Assembly (NCBI GenBank): GCA_021107535.1
Contig: JAIOSQ010000092.1
Span: forward strand, 1 to 37,472
From: Bacteroidales bacterium
GTDB lineage: Bacteria; Bacteroidota; Bacteroidia; Bacteroidales; B18-G4
Length of the DNA stretch: 37,472 nt
Reading direction: 5' to 3'
Positions 28,077-37,472 of this stretch are shown piece after piece (the stretch's first letter is position 1; every line of letters begins with the position of its first letter). A program made the position numbers and the translations under genes. Below the pieces are notes generated by a model. The model did not search any database. It was not told where the DNA came from and was given only the letters and a program-made list of their open reading frames with translations.

Positions 28077-28892
28077 ATGGGACAAGTCATTGCAATAGCT
28101 AACCAGAAAGGTGGTGTCGGGAAAACCACCACTGCCATTAATCTCAGTGCCAGCCTTGCTGTCCTGGAGTACAGAACACTCCTTATTGATGCTGATCCAC
28201 AGGCAAATTCAACTTCCGGTCTTGGCTATGATCCAAAAATAATACAGGCAAGCATTTATGAGTGTATCATGGATGACCTGGAGCCGGGTAAGGTGATCAT
28301 GGAAACGGGAACACCGCATCTCTTTGTTCTCCCTGCCCACATCGACCTGGTTGGAGCTGAGATAGAAATGATTAATCTGCCCAACAGGGAAAAAATGATG
28401 CGGAAGGTCATCGATCAGGTGAAAGACAATTATGACTTCATCATCATTGACTGTTCTCCTTCACTGGGATTGATCACAGTAAATGCCCTCACGGCTGCTG
28501 ACTCGGTGATCATCCCTGTACAATGTGAATATTTTGCACTGGAAGGCCTTGGCAAATTATTAAATACCATTAAAATTGTTCAGACCAGACTTAATGCAGA
28601 CCTGGATATTGAAGGGATACTGCTAACCATGTTTGATTCACGCCTTCGCTTATCAAGACAGGTGGTGGAAGAAGTAAAAACCCACTTCCAACAAATGGTA
28701 TTCGAAACGATCATAAACCGCAATACCAAATTAGGCGAAGCCCCGAGTTTCGGGGAGACCATTATCATGCATGATGTCAACAGCACGGGAGCCATCAACT
28801 ACCTGAACCTGGCCAGGGAGCTCCTCCAGAAATATGATTTAACGAATATCAACGAAGCTGATAAATATATAGACATCGCTGATGAAAACTAA
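28077..28892 (+). CDS. parA: Chromosome partitioning ATPase ParA/Soj
   Basis: Deviant Walker A NQKGGVGKTTT, DADPQAN, IDCSPSLG, PVQCEYFALEG. Confidence 0.97.
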   Translation: MGQVIAIANQKGGVGKTTTAINLSASLAVLEYRTLLIDADPQANSTSGLGYDPKIIQASIYECIMDDLEPGKVIMETGTPHLFVLPAHIDLVGAEIEMINLPNREKMMRKVIDQVKDNYDFIIIDCSPSLGLITVNALTAADSVIIPVQCEYFALEGLGKLLNTIKIVQTRLNADLDIEGILLTMFDSRLRLSRQVVEEVKTHFQQMVFETIINRNTKLGEAPSFGETIIMHDVNSTGAINYLNLARELLQKYDLTNINEADKYIDIADEN

Positions 28893-29763
28893 AAAGAAAG
28901 CATTGGGACGGGGACTGGATGCCATTTTGCAAAGCCCGGAAACGGACATCACATCAAAGGATATTTCAGGAAATTATGTAGTTGGTGCAATTGCTAATAT
29001 TGAGATTATAAAGATAGAAGCCAATCCATTTCAACCCCGCGACAATTTTGATGACGAGCTTATTCTTGAACTGGCCGATTCGATCAAAAAGCAGGGAATC
29101 ATTCAGCCCATTACGGTCAGGAAACTTGGTTACGACAAATACCAGTTAATTTCCGGTGAACGGCGTCTTCGTGCCTCCAAAGTAGCCGGAATCAATGAAA
29201 TAGCATGTTATATCAGGGTAGCCAATGATGAACAAATGCTGGAGATGGCACTGATCGAGAATATCCACCGAAAGGATCTCAACGCCATTGAGATCGCAAT
29301 CAGTTACCAGCGGCTTATTGAAGAATGTGACCTTACTCATGAAAAACTCAGTGACAGGATCAGCAAAAATCGCTCAACCATTACTAATTATCTCAGATTA
29401 CTGAAGTTGCCTGCAGAAATACAGCTTGCGATGCGAAACGACAAGATCAGCATGGGCCACGCCCGGGCCATGATCAATATCATCGATCAGGATGTACAGC
29501 TCAGAATTCTCAAAAAGATCATCAGTAAAGACCTTTCAGTACGACAGGTAGAAGAGCTGGTCAGAAAATTCAATCAAGACGGAAAGGAAGAAACAGAGGA
29601 TAGATCACCACTACCGCAAACGTTTAAAATGTCCGCAGAAACCCTCAGGGAAAAGTTGGGTGCCGGCGTAATCATCCGCAGGAATAATATTGGAAAAGGG
29701 AATATCGTTATCTCTTTTGAATCAGACCAGGATTTCAACCGTATCATAGGATTGCTTGATTGA
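28882..29763 (+). CDS. parB: Chromosome partitioning protein ParB/Spo0J
   Basis: ALGRGLDA, NPFQPR, GERRLRA, ENIHRKDL, RSTITNYLRLL. Confidence 0.97.
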   Translation: MKTKKKALGRGLDAILQSPETDITSKDISGNYVVGAIANIEIIKIEANPFQPRDNFDDELILELADSIKKQGIIQPITVRKLGYDKYQLISGERRLRASKVAGINEIACYIRVANDEQMLEMALIENIHRKDLNAIEIAISYQRLIEECDLTHEKLSDRISKNRSTITNYLRLLKLPAEIQLAMRNDKISMGHARAMINIIDQDVQLRILKKIISKDLSVRQVEELVRKFNQDGKEETEDRSPLPQTFKMSAETLREKLGAGVIIRRNNIGKGNIVISFESDQDFNRIIGLLD

Positions 29764-30403
29764 TCGGTTCCATCTAACAAATATGCCTGTTATCAATACA
29801 TCATTTCATAAGAAAACCGGGACGGGAAGAAAAATTACCCGCTCAGGGCTGCTTCTTATCTTATTGGTATCTTTACTTGGCCCTGGCTGGCCCCGGTCAG
29901 TCTGTGCCCAGGAGAATAAGGCAGCAGATAGCACCACCCTGGCAAAACCTCATTCACCCACCAAAGCTTCAATATTTTCGGCAGTACTTCCGGGCCTCGG
30001 ACAGGCCTATAATAAGAAATACTGGAAGATCCCGATCGTTTATGCCGGATTCGGAGTGTTTGCTTATTTCGCGATCAGCAACAGAAGCGAATATAAAAAA
30101 TACAAAGAAGCATACACTTATGTTGCCTCAGGTGATTCGAGCCACATAGATAATGACTATGTATTGGAATATGATGAACAGCAACTACTCGACGGAAAAA
30201 ACTACCACAGAAGGAATATGGAACTCAGTTATATCCTCGGAGGCCTTTGGTATCTATTGAATATTGTAGATGCCAGCGTGGATGCACACTTTTTTGATTA
30301 TGACGTTAGCGATGACCTCACTATCAGGCTGGACCCTATTGTGAACTATCAATGGCGTGATCCCAGGCCTGTCTCAGGCCTGAAACTGACACTGAAATTT
30401 TAA
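29756..30403 (+). CDS. DUF5683 domain protein
   Basis: SAVLPGLGQAYNKKYWKIPIVY, NIVDASVDAHFFDYDVSDDL; the true start may be downstream. Confidence 0.82.
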   Translation: MIDRFHLTNMPVINTSFHKKTGTGRKITRSGLLLILLVSLLGPGWPRSVCAQENKAADSTTLAKPHSPTKASIFSAVLPGLGQAYNKKYWKIPIVYAGFGVFAYFAISNRSEYKKYKEAYTYVASGDSSHIDNDYVLEYDEQQLLDGKNYHRRNMELSYILGGLWYLLNIVDASVDAHFFDYDVSDDLTIRLDPIVNYQWRDPRPVSGLKLTLKF

Positions 30404-30413
30404 TTTACAGATT

Positions 30414-31136
30414 TTGAAAATAGCAATCATAGGACACGGACGCATGGGCTGCGAAATTGAAGAACTGGCCAGGGACCATGGGTATGAAGTGACAGTAGTT
30501 ATCGACAATGAAGATGACTGGAACAGCCAGTTTGAACAGCTCAGAAATGCTGATGTAGCAATGGAATTCAGTATGCCGGAAACTGCATTCCGGAATATTA
30601 CAAGATGCTTTGATGCCGGGATCGCTGTAGTTTCCGGTACTACAGGATGGTCTGATAAATTTGATGAAATCAAAGATAGCTGTATCAGGGGCGGGCATGC
30701 ATTGTTTTATGCAAGCAACTTCAGCCCGGGGATGAATATCATGTTTGAGCTGAATAAAAAGCTCGCAAAGCTATTGGGGCGATATCCCGGCTATAACATT
30801 TTAATTGAAGAGATCCATCATGCCGGCAAAATAGATGCACCAAGCGGCACTGCCATCACACTTGCCAAAGACATTATTCACTATCACCCCGTGAAGAAAA
30901 TATGGGTAAACAAGCCGGCAAAAAGCCCTGACCAGCTGGAGATCATCTCCCTCAGGCGGAACCAGGTTCCCGGTATGCATTTTGTAAAATATGATTCCCC
31001 GGCTGACAGCCTGGAGATCAGACATACCGCACACTCAAGGCAAGGCTTCGCTCTCGGAGCCCTGATGGCAGCTGAATGGTTGGCCGGAAAGAAGGGATTT
31101 TTCAGCATGTCCGATCTCTTGTATGACAATGAATAA
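30414..31136 (+). CDS. dapB: 4-hydroxy-tetrahydrodipicolinate reductase
   Basis: IIGHGRMG, VSGTTGW, EIHHAGKIDAPSGTA, FALGA; TTG start. Confidence 0.95.
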   Translation: MKIAIIGHGRMGCEIEELARDHGYEVTVVIDNEDDWNSQFEQLRNADVAMEFSMPETAFRNITRCFDAGIAVVSGTTGWSDKFDEIKDSCIRGGHALFYASNFSPGMNIMFELNKKLAKLLGRYPGYNILIEEIHHAGKIDAPSGTAITLAKDIIHYHPVKKIWVNKPAKSPDQLEIISLRRNQVPGMHFVKYDSPADSLEIRHTAHSRQGFALGALMAAEWLAGKKGFFSMSDLLYDNE

Positions 31137-31225
31137 TGCTATGATCCTGCTTTAACAATATTTAACAAGGATCAGATGTCGCATGTTAAAAATTACCGTT
31201 AATTTGCCAAAAAAATACTTTCGTT

Positions 31226-32746
31226 ATGAGTGGATATGTCCTTATTAGCTTAATATTCCTGATATTATCTGTTGCAGGTTTATGGAAAATCTTTGAAAAA
31301 GCCGGGGAACCCGGATGGAAAGCAATCATTCCTTTCCTGAATTTTTACATTTGGCTGAGGATCATAAAAAAGCCATTATGGTGGTTCATTTTTATCCTCG
31401 TCCCCTTTGTCAATGTCTTCGTCATTCTGCTGATGGTTGTGGAAGTATTGAAGTGTTTTGGAAAGGACGGCATTGGTGCACAGGCCCTGGGTGTTATTTT
31501 CCCCTTCTTCTACCTCCCCTACCTTGGTTTTGCAAAAAGCGAAACCTACCAAGATCCCGAAAAACGGGCTAAAGTAAAAAAAGGTGCCGCGCGTGAATGG
31601 GTCGATGCCATTATATTTGCCGTTGTTGCAGCAACAATCATCCGTACGTTTTTTATCGAAGCCTACACCATCCCCACCTCATCCATGGAGGGCTCATTAC
31701 TTCGGGGCGATTTCCTGTTTGTGAGTAAAGTCAGTTACGGGCCACGTGTTCCCATGACACCTCTGTCATTTCCCTTTGTACACCATACCCTGCCACTGAC
31801 CAAAACCACCAAATCCTACCTCGAATGGATCAGCCTGCCATTTTACCGGTATCCGGGATTATCCAACATTAAGCGATATGATGCTGTTGTCTTTAATTAT
31901 CCGGATGGTGATACACTTTCTACAGTATACCAGAGCAACGAAAGCTATTACAGCCTGGTACGGAATAACGGCAAGAGAGATGTATGGAATAATAAGAGAA
32001 AGTATGGAGATATCATTTCCCGGCCGGTGGACAAAAGAGAGAATTATATCAAGCGTTGCGTTGGCCTGCCCGGAGACACATTACGGGTCAAAAAGCAGGA
32101 AGTATTCATTAATGGAAGGGCATTGGCCAATCCCAAGAACGCCCAGTTCAGTTACCAGGTAATAACCGATGGATCAAGGCTCAGTGACAGGCTTATCGAT
32201 AAACTCGGCATCTATGAAGTGATCCAGACAGCAAACCCGGGTTTCTCATATGCTTACATGAATGATGAGTCAGCACGAAAACTTGAAGAAACCCCTATTG
32301 TTCGCTCTGTGGCCAGGCTTACACATGCTGCCAATAATCCCGATGATTTGAAAAGAATATATCCCTATAATGCCAGTTATGGCTGGAGTGTTGATAATTT
32401 CGGCCCCCTCTATATACCGGAAGCAGGAGCCACCATTCAACTCAGCACCGGCAACATTGACCTTTACCGCAGGGTCATTCATGCCTATGAGGGGCATGAA
32501 CTGGAAGTGAGAAACGGAAAGATCTTTATTGACGGGATTGAACGTGATTCCTATACCTTTGAGATGAACTACTATTTTATGATGGGGGATAACCGCCATA
32601 ATTCGGCCGACTCCCGCTTCTGGGGCTTTGTCCCGGAAGATCACATCGTGGGAAAAGCTGTTTTTGTATGGCTTTCCCTTGATCCGGATAAAACATGGTT
32701 TCAGGGAAAGATCAGGTGGGATAAACTCTTCCGCTTTGTGAATTAG
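31226..32746 (+). CDS. lepB: Signal peptidase I with N-terminal DUF5684-like membrane domain
   Basis: IPTSSMEGSL (catalytic Ser), YIKRCVGLPGD (Lys), MGDNRHNSADSRFWG; N-terminal WKIFEKAGEPGWKAIIP. Confidence 0.95.
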   Translation: MSGYVLISLIFLILSVAGLWKIFEKAGEPGWKAIIPFLNFYIWLRIIKKPLWWFIFILVPFVNVFVILLMVVEVLKCFGKDGIGAQALGVIFPFFYLPYLGFAKSETYQDPEKRAKVKKGAAREWVDAIIFAVVAATIIRTFFIEAYTIPTSSMEGSLLRGDFLFVSKVSYGPRVPMTPLSFPFVHHTLPLTKTTKSYLEWISLPFYRYPGLSNIKRYDAVVFNYPDGDTLSTVYQSNESYYSLVRNNGKRDVWNNKRKYGDIISRPVDKRENYIKRCVGLPGDTLRVKKQEVFINGRALANPKNAQFSYQVITDGSRLSDRLIDKLGIYEVIQTANPGFSYAYMNDESARKLEETPIVRSVARLTHAANNPDDLKRIYPYNASYGWSVDNFGPLYIPEAGATIQLSTGNIDLYRRVIHAYEGHELEVRNGKIFIDGIERDSYTFEMNYYFMMGDNRHNSADSRFWGFVPEDHIVGKAVFVWLSLDPDKTWFQGKIRWDKLFRFVN

Positions 32747-32914
32747 CATTTTTCCCTTTGAAGACAAAGCCACCAACAAAAAGTTTTCTGGCTGACAAGA
32801 GGGATTTCCTTACATTTTGTACACTGCAAACTGTAATCTGTATATTAATTATCAAAGGAATATTCACTATACAATTTACAGAATACAGTATTCATTTTTT
32901 TCATTGAGTTTGTG

Positions 32915-32922
32915 TATATTTG
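32915..32922 (+). promoter_or_regulatory. Bacteroidota -7 promoter box
   Basis: TATATTTG. Confidence 0.65.
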
Positions 32923-32979
32923 CATAAAATAATTATTCCGTATCATAAAACATTCAATACTTACTTAATTTAACCAATT

Positions 32980-33654
32980 ATGAAAAGATTTTTCAATTTC
33001 CTGATGGTCGCAGCGATCATTATAGGTATGTCCGGAGCCACTTTTGCAAAAGATTTCAAAGGTGTGATCAATTATAAGATTACTTATCCTGGTATGGATG
33101 TGGATGCATCCATGGCCGCCATGATGCCTAAAATGGCTATACTGACCATTCGGGGAGATATGTCGAAATTCGAAATAAGCATGGGACAGATGGGATCACA
33201 AGTAGTGATCATCGATGGAGTATCCAAAACAGTAACCACCTGCATGGATATGATGGGGCAAAAATACTATTATGTTGAAAGCCAGGAAGACATCACAAGT
33301 GAAATGGATGAAGATAAGGTTTCTATCGACATTAAAGATGAAACCAAAGAAATTGCAGGCTATGAATGTAAAAAAGCCGTGATCACTGTTAAGGAAGGTG
33401 GTGAAGATATGTTATTCACTATTTACTTCACAGAAGAGATTACCTCTTCCTCTCTGAATATGGACAATCCTTACTTTAAAGACATTCCCGGTGCCATGCT
33501 TGAGTTCGAAGTTAACACAGGGGGTGGAACGATGAAAATGTCGGCTACATCCGTTAATAAAAAGAATGTATCTGAATCAGAATTTGAAATTCCCGAAGGG
33601 TATGTTAAAAAGACCTCCGCCGAGGTCAGGCAAATGCAAGGCGGCGGAATGTAA
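32980..33654 (+). CDS. Exported DUF4412/GLPGLI-like protein
   Basis: Signal peptide; FKGVINY, ETKEIAGYECKKA, FEIPEGY. Confidence 0.75.
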   Translation: MKRFFNFLMVAAIIIGMSGATFAKDFKGVINYKITYPGMDVDASMAAMMPKMAILTIRGDMSKFEISMGQMGSQVVIIDGVSKTVTTCMDMMGQKYYYVESQEDITSEMDEDKVSIDIKDETKEIAGYECKKAVITVKEGGEDMLFTIYFTEEITSSSLNMDNPYFKDIPGAMLEFEVNTGGGTMKMSATSVNKKNVSESEFEIPEGYVKKTSAEVRQMQGGGM

Positions 33655-33666
33655 CATTATTCATAC

Positions 33667-36138
33667 ATGTCAATAAGAACAAACCAGTTGAAAAAAAAAG
33701 ATGTTGCTGAAAAAGCAACATCCGGAAAACTTGCAAAAAGTAAGAGTAGGAGAAAAAAAACCTCAGGTAAAAGAAGGCCCCTCTTCGGATTTCTCAGGAA
33801 TGAAAAATTCCAGCGGATAAGCGGATTTTTTCTCATACTGCTGGCCTTTTATATGCTGCTGGCATTCGTCTCATACCTCATCAACTGGTTCACAGCTGGA
33901 AGCGACGATTTGTTTACGGTAATCCCTTTCAGGGATGTGCTGTTTGATGACAGTCTCATAGCTCACAATTGGGGTGGCCGCATGGGAGCGGCCCTCGCCG
34001 GTGTTTTCATTAAAAAATGGTTTGGGGCATCCTCGGTACTATTTTGCCTGTTCTTTTTCGCATGGGGATTTAAGTTATTATTCAGGAGAGCTGCCCTCCC
34101 TGTCGGGACCACCTTCCGATGGTCGTTTGTGGCTATCCTCTGGATTTCCGTTGCATCTGCCCTGATCTTTAAAGATTCCGAACTGAACATCCTGGGCGGG
34201 ATATTCGGATATGAGATCAATAATTATCTCGATGGCTTCATCGGCCCGCCCGGCACCATATTCCTCCTGATATTCGTGCTTTTCGGATTCCTGGTCGTCA
34301 ACTTTAATTTTAATTTACGCAGAAAGAAAAAAGACTCCTCCCCTGATGATCCTGATCCTTCTGTCAAGCGTTCCAACAATCCAAAGGAAGATATTTACAA
34401 TACTGTTGAATTTTCTGTTACGGAAGACGAGAATATTGAAAAAACTGATGATCCGCCGGGTTTCACTGATGATGTGACTGATGAAACAAAAGCTGATCCT
34501 GAACCGGAAAAAGAAGCACCTTCGGATAACAATCCTGAAAGCAATATAGAACTTACCATTGAGGATACAAAACCTGAAAAAATTGCGGAAGAGGGAAGCA
34601 AGGAGCATTTTACGATAGACACGGAATATGATCCCAGGCTGGACCTGGGGCATTATCAATACCCGACCCTCGACCTGCTCGATGATTATGGTTCCAGTGG
34701 TGTCAGCGTTGAAAAAGAGGAACTGGAATCGAACAAAGACCGTATCGTCAAAACTTTATCGAATTACAACATCCAGATCGACAAGATCAAGGCTACCATC
34801 GGCCCTACAGTAACCCTGTATGAGATCATCCCGGCTCCCGGGGTCAGGATATCCAAAATAAAAAACCTCGAAGATGACATTGCCCTGAGTCTTTCGGCAA
34901 TGGGAATCAGGATCGTTGCCCCCATTCCCGGCAAGGGAACAATAGGGATAGAGGTTCCGAACCGGAAGAGCGATATTGTCTCCATGAAATCTATACTCTC
35001 CTCCGAGAAGTTCCAGAACTCAAAATTTGAACTTCCTTTTGGTATCGGGAAGACAATTTCCAATGAAAGTTATGTTGCCGACCTGACAAAGATCCCGCAC
35101 ATCCTGATGGCCGGTGCCACAGGACAGGGTAAATCGGTTGGGCTAAATGCCATTCTGGCTTCCCTTCTTTATAAAAAACATCCTGCTGAACTAAAGTTCA
35201 TCCTTGTGGACCCGAAGAAGGTTGAACTCACCCTCTTTTCGAAGATAGAGAGGCATTTCCTTGCTAAGTTGCCGGATTCTGAAGAGGCTATTATTACAGA
35301 TACACGCATGGTCGTACGTACGCTAAACTCCCTGGGTATTGAAATGGATCATCGCTATGAACTGCTGAAAGATGCCCAGGTGAGAAACATCAAAGAGTAC
35401 AATGAAAAATTCATTAAACGCAAGCTGAATCCCGAGCACGGACATCGCTATCTTCCTTACCTCGTACTCGTCGTGGATGAATTTGCCGACCTCATCATGA
35501 CGGCAGGAAAAGAGATAGAAACTCCACTCACACGCCTGGCACAATTGGCCAGGGCGGTTGGCATACACCTGATCATTGCCACCCAGCGCCCCTCAGTCAA
35601 TATCATTACAGGGACCATCAAAGCCAACTTCCCGGCACGCTTTGCATATCGTGTGATTTCAAAGATCGATTCCCGTACGATCCTGGATGCAGGAGGTGCA
35701 GACCAGCTGATCGGGCGCGGCGACATGCTTTTGTCAACAGGCAGCGAACTGGTCAGGCTGCAATGTGCATTTGTTGACACACACGAGATAGAAAGAGTAA
35801 CTGATTTTATCGGCTCACAACGAGCCTATCCGCATGCCATGCACCTGCCCGAATACTATGATGATGAAATTGACAGCACCGAAGATTTCGACCCTAACGA
35901 CCGGGATGAACTTTTTGAAGAGGCTGCCAGGATCATCGTACAAACACAGCAGGGATCCACTTCCCTTTTGCAGCGTAAACTAAAATTGGGGTATAACAGG
36001 GCCGGAAGGATCATCGATCAGCTTGAAGCCGCCGGCATTGTCGGACACTTTGAAGGCAGCAAGGCAAGAGAAGTTAAGATTAGCGATGAATTGACTTTGG
36101 ACCAGTTTTTGAAAGATTTGAATAGTAGCAATGAATAA
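33667..36138 (+). CDS. ftsK: DNA translocase FtsK
   Basis: N-terminal TM domain; MAGATGQGKS, VDEFADL, ATQRPS, gamma domain LQRKLKLGYNRAGR. Confidence 0.97.
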   Translation: MSIRTNQLKKKDVAEKATSGKLAKSKSRRKKTSGKRRPLFGFLRNEKFQRISGFFLILLAFYMLLAFVSYLINWFTAGSDDLFTVIPFRDVLFDDSLIAHNWGGRMGAALAGVFIKKWFGASSVLFCLFFFAWGFKLLFRRAALPVGTTFRWSFVAILWISVASALIFKDSELNILGGIFGYEINNYLDGFIGPPGTIFLLIFVLFGFLVVNFNFNLRRKKKDSSPDDPDPSVKRSNNPKEDIYNTVEFSVTEDENIEKTDDPPGFTDDVTDETKADPEPEKEAPSDNNPESNIELTIEDTKPEKIAEEGSKEHFTIDTEYDPRLDLGHYQYPTLDLLDDYGSSGVSVEKEELESNKDRIVKTLSNYNIQIDKIKATIGPTVTLYEIIPAPGVRISKIKNLEDDIALSLSAMGIRIVAPIPGKGTIGIEVPNRKSDIVSMKSILSSEKFQNSKFELPFGIGKTISNESYVADLTKIPHILMAGATGQGKSVGLNAILASLLYKKHPAELKFILVDPKKVELTLFSKIERHFLAKLPDSEEAIITDTRMVVRTLNSLGIEMDHRYELLKDAQVRNIKEYNEKFIKRKLNPEHGHRYLPYLVLVVDEFADLIMTAGKEIETPLTRLAQLARAVGIHLIIATQRPSVNIITGTIKANFPARFAYRVISKIDSRTILDAGGADQLIGRGDMLLSTGSELVRLQCAFVDTHEIERVTDFIGSQRAYPHAMHLPEYYDDEIDSTEDFDPNDRDELFEEAARIIVQTQQGSTSLLQRKLKLGYNRAGRIIDQLEAAGIVGHFEGSKAREVKISDELTLDQFLKDLNSSNE

Positions 36139-36778
36139 TATTATGAAGAAATCAATTATCGTATTTTTTAGCCTTTTAGTGAGCATTACCGCTTTTCCAC
36201 AAAGCAAGAAAGCAAAAGCCATCATTGAAGAAATCACCGAAAAGACACAGTCCTATAAATCGGTGGAGTTTGAATTTACTTTTACATATGAAGATCCATC
36301 CAATGGCGATGATGTGAGTGAGCAAGGAAAGCTGATCATAAGCGGCGATAAATATATTCTCGATATTGAAGGACAGAAAGTGATCTGTGATGGTAAAACT
36401 ATCTGGACGTACATTGAAGATGCTTGGGAAGTGCAGATCAACACCATTGAAGAAGATGATGGATCTATCACTCCGTCAAAACTACTTACCACATACAACG
36501 AAGAATACAAGGCCAGGCTTTTAAAAGAATTTAATAAAGATGGTGTCCAATACCAGAAAATCGAATTAAAGCCCGAAGAAGGGAAGAAGTGGGTTAAACT
36601 CGAAGTTATTATCGATGCAGATAAAAAGCAGTTCTCTGAAATCAGCATTTTCGACAAGAACGGAGGAAAGATACATTACAAGATCGATACCTGCACACCC
36701 AACATCAATATCACTGATGATGACTTTTTATTCAAGACTGAAGATTACCCTGATGTTGAGGTGGTAGACATGAGGTAG
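36131..36778 (+). CDS. lolA: Outer-membrane lipoprotein carrier LolA family protein
   Basis: Follows ftsK; signal peptide; ICDGKTIWTY, TPSKLL, VEVVDMR; start may be 36143. Confidence 0.85.
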   Translation: MNNIMKKSIIVFFSLLVSITAFPQSKKAKAIIEEITEKTQSYKSVEFEFTFTYEDPSNGDDVSEQGKLIISGDKYILDIEGQKVICDGKTIWTYIEDAWEVQINTIEEDDGSITPSKLLTTYNEEYKARLLKEFNKDGVQYQKIELKPEEGKKWVKLEVIIDADKKQFSEISIFDKNGGKIHYKIDTCTPNINITDDDFLFKTEDYPDVEVVDMR

Positions 36779-36856
36779 GAGTTCCTAGTGCCGAGTGCCA
36801 AGTTCCGAGTTCCGAGTGCTTGGTGCCCACCGCCCACCGCCTATAGCCCATCGCCC
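36779..36856. repeat. Stacked heptamer arrays (GAGTKCC)n then (GCCCAYC)n
   Basis: Begins immediately after the lolA stop codon; same unit types and order as at 3095-3206. Confidence 0.9.
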
Positions 36857-36910
36857 AAAATAAACCCTTTCCAGGATAAGGCGTCAAACATTAATTAATG
36901 TTCACTACCC

Positions 36911-37459
36911 TTGGCAAAGACAGATGACCGTGAAATATTACAATTGATCAGGGAAAAGGAATCCCTTGAGCAGGGTTTCAAGCTGCTTGTCAGGAAATAC
37001 CAGTCTCGTCTTTACTGGCACATCCGCCGTATGGTACTGAATCATAATGACAGCGACGATGTGTTGCAGAACACCTTTATCAAAGTATGGAAAGGCCTTC
37101 CGGCTTTCAGGGGTGAATCACAATTATTTACATGGCTGTATCGCATTGCCTCCAATGAAGCCCTCAGCTTTCTTAAAAAGAACAGGCCTTATCATTCCCT
37201 ATCCCTTAATGATGCAGAACAAGAACTTGCGGGATATATCGACGATGATCCATTATACACGGGTGACGAAATCAGCAAAAAACTCCATCAAGCCATATTG
37301 AGCCTTCCGCCAAAGCAGCGGCTCATTTTCAACATGAAATACTTTGAGGAAATGAAATATAAAGATATCTCTGCTGTACTGGGCACTTCCATCGGGGCAT
37401 TAAAGGCATCCTATCACCTGGCGGTGAAGAAAATAGAAAAGCAGCTTCTGCGGGATTAA
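36911..37459 (+). CDS. ECF-type RNA polymerase sigma-70 factor
   Basis: DDVLQNTFIKVW, FTWLYRIASN, LPPKQRLIF, GTSIGALKASYH; TTG start. Confidence 0.93.
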   Translation: MAKTDDREILQLIREKESLEQGFKLLVRKYQSRLYWHIRRMVLNHNDSDDVLQNTFIKVWKGLPAFRGESQLFTWLYRIASNEALSFLKKNRPYHSLSLNDAEQELAGYIDDDPLYTGDEISKKLHQAILSLPPKQRLIFNMKYFEEMKYKDISAVLGTSIGALKASYHLAVKKIEKQLLRD

Positions 37460-37472
37460 ACCTTCTCTATAA

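Noticed and set aside
27920-29800. parS site or replication origin near parAB
   Set aside because: No TGTTTCACGTGAAACA-like palindrome or DnaA-box cluster seen by eye.
31142-31174. TGATCCT...AGGATCA hairpin with TTTAACAA direct repeat after dapB
   Set aside because: Long loop and no U-tract; too weak to call a terminator or operator.
1-37472. tRNA, rRNA, integrase or transposase genes
   Set aside because: No cloverleaf or rRNA signatures and no recombinase/transposase motifs in any ORF by inspection; tRNAscan-SE and Rfam scans would confirm.

Overview
Chromosomal window from a Bacteroidota (probably Bacteroidales-like) bacterium, judged from TAnnTTTG promoters, long-form NusB, THX, DUF3276 and the parA-parB-DUF5683-dapB-lepB order. 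It is mostly housekeeping genes: aconitase, nusB, frameshifted recQ, mpg, HU, fmt, trmH, THX, a murL-murD2-like pair, yqgE, yciH, a lipid kinase, an LTA-synthase-like protein, parAB, dapB, lepB, ftsK, lolA and an ECF sigma factor. Two accessory zones interrupt these. The first (1-3200) holds a Fic gene and an SMI1/KNR4 gene, separated by copies of a composite 177-bp direct repeat; the SMI1/KNR4 gene is bounded by two attC-like hairpins although no integrase is present. The second (~14.3-19.05 kb) is an AT-rich island with a beta-propeller/ankyrin protein, a small membrane protein and a Prx6 peroxiredoxin. The most striking unexplained structure is a family of intergenic tandem arrays whose unit sequence varies but whose period is 7 bp. 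These arrays often abut stop codons, are stacked in recurring modules and sometimes form long inverted repeats. All protein calls come from motif recognition by eye; no database searches were run.
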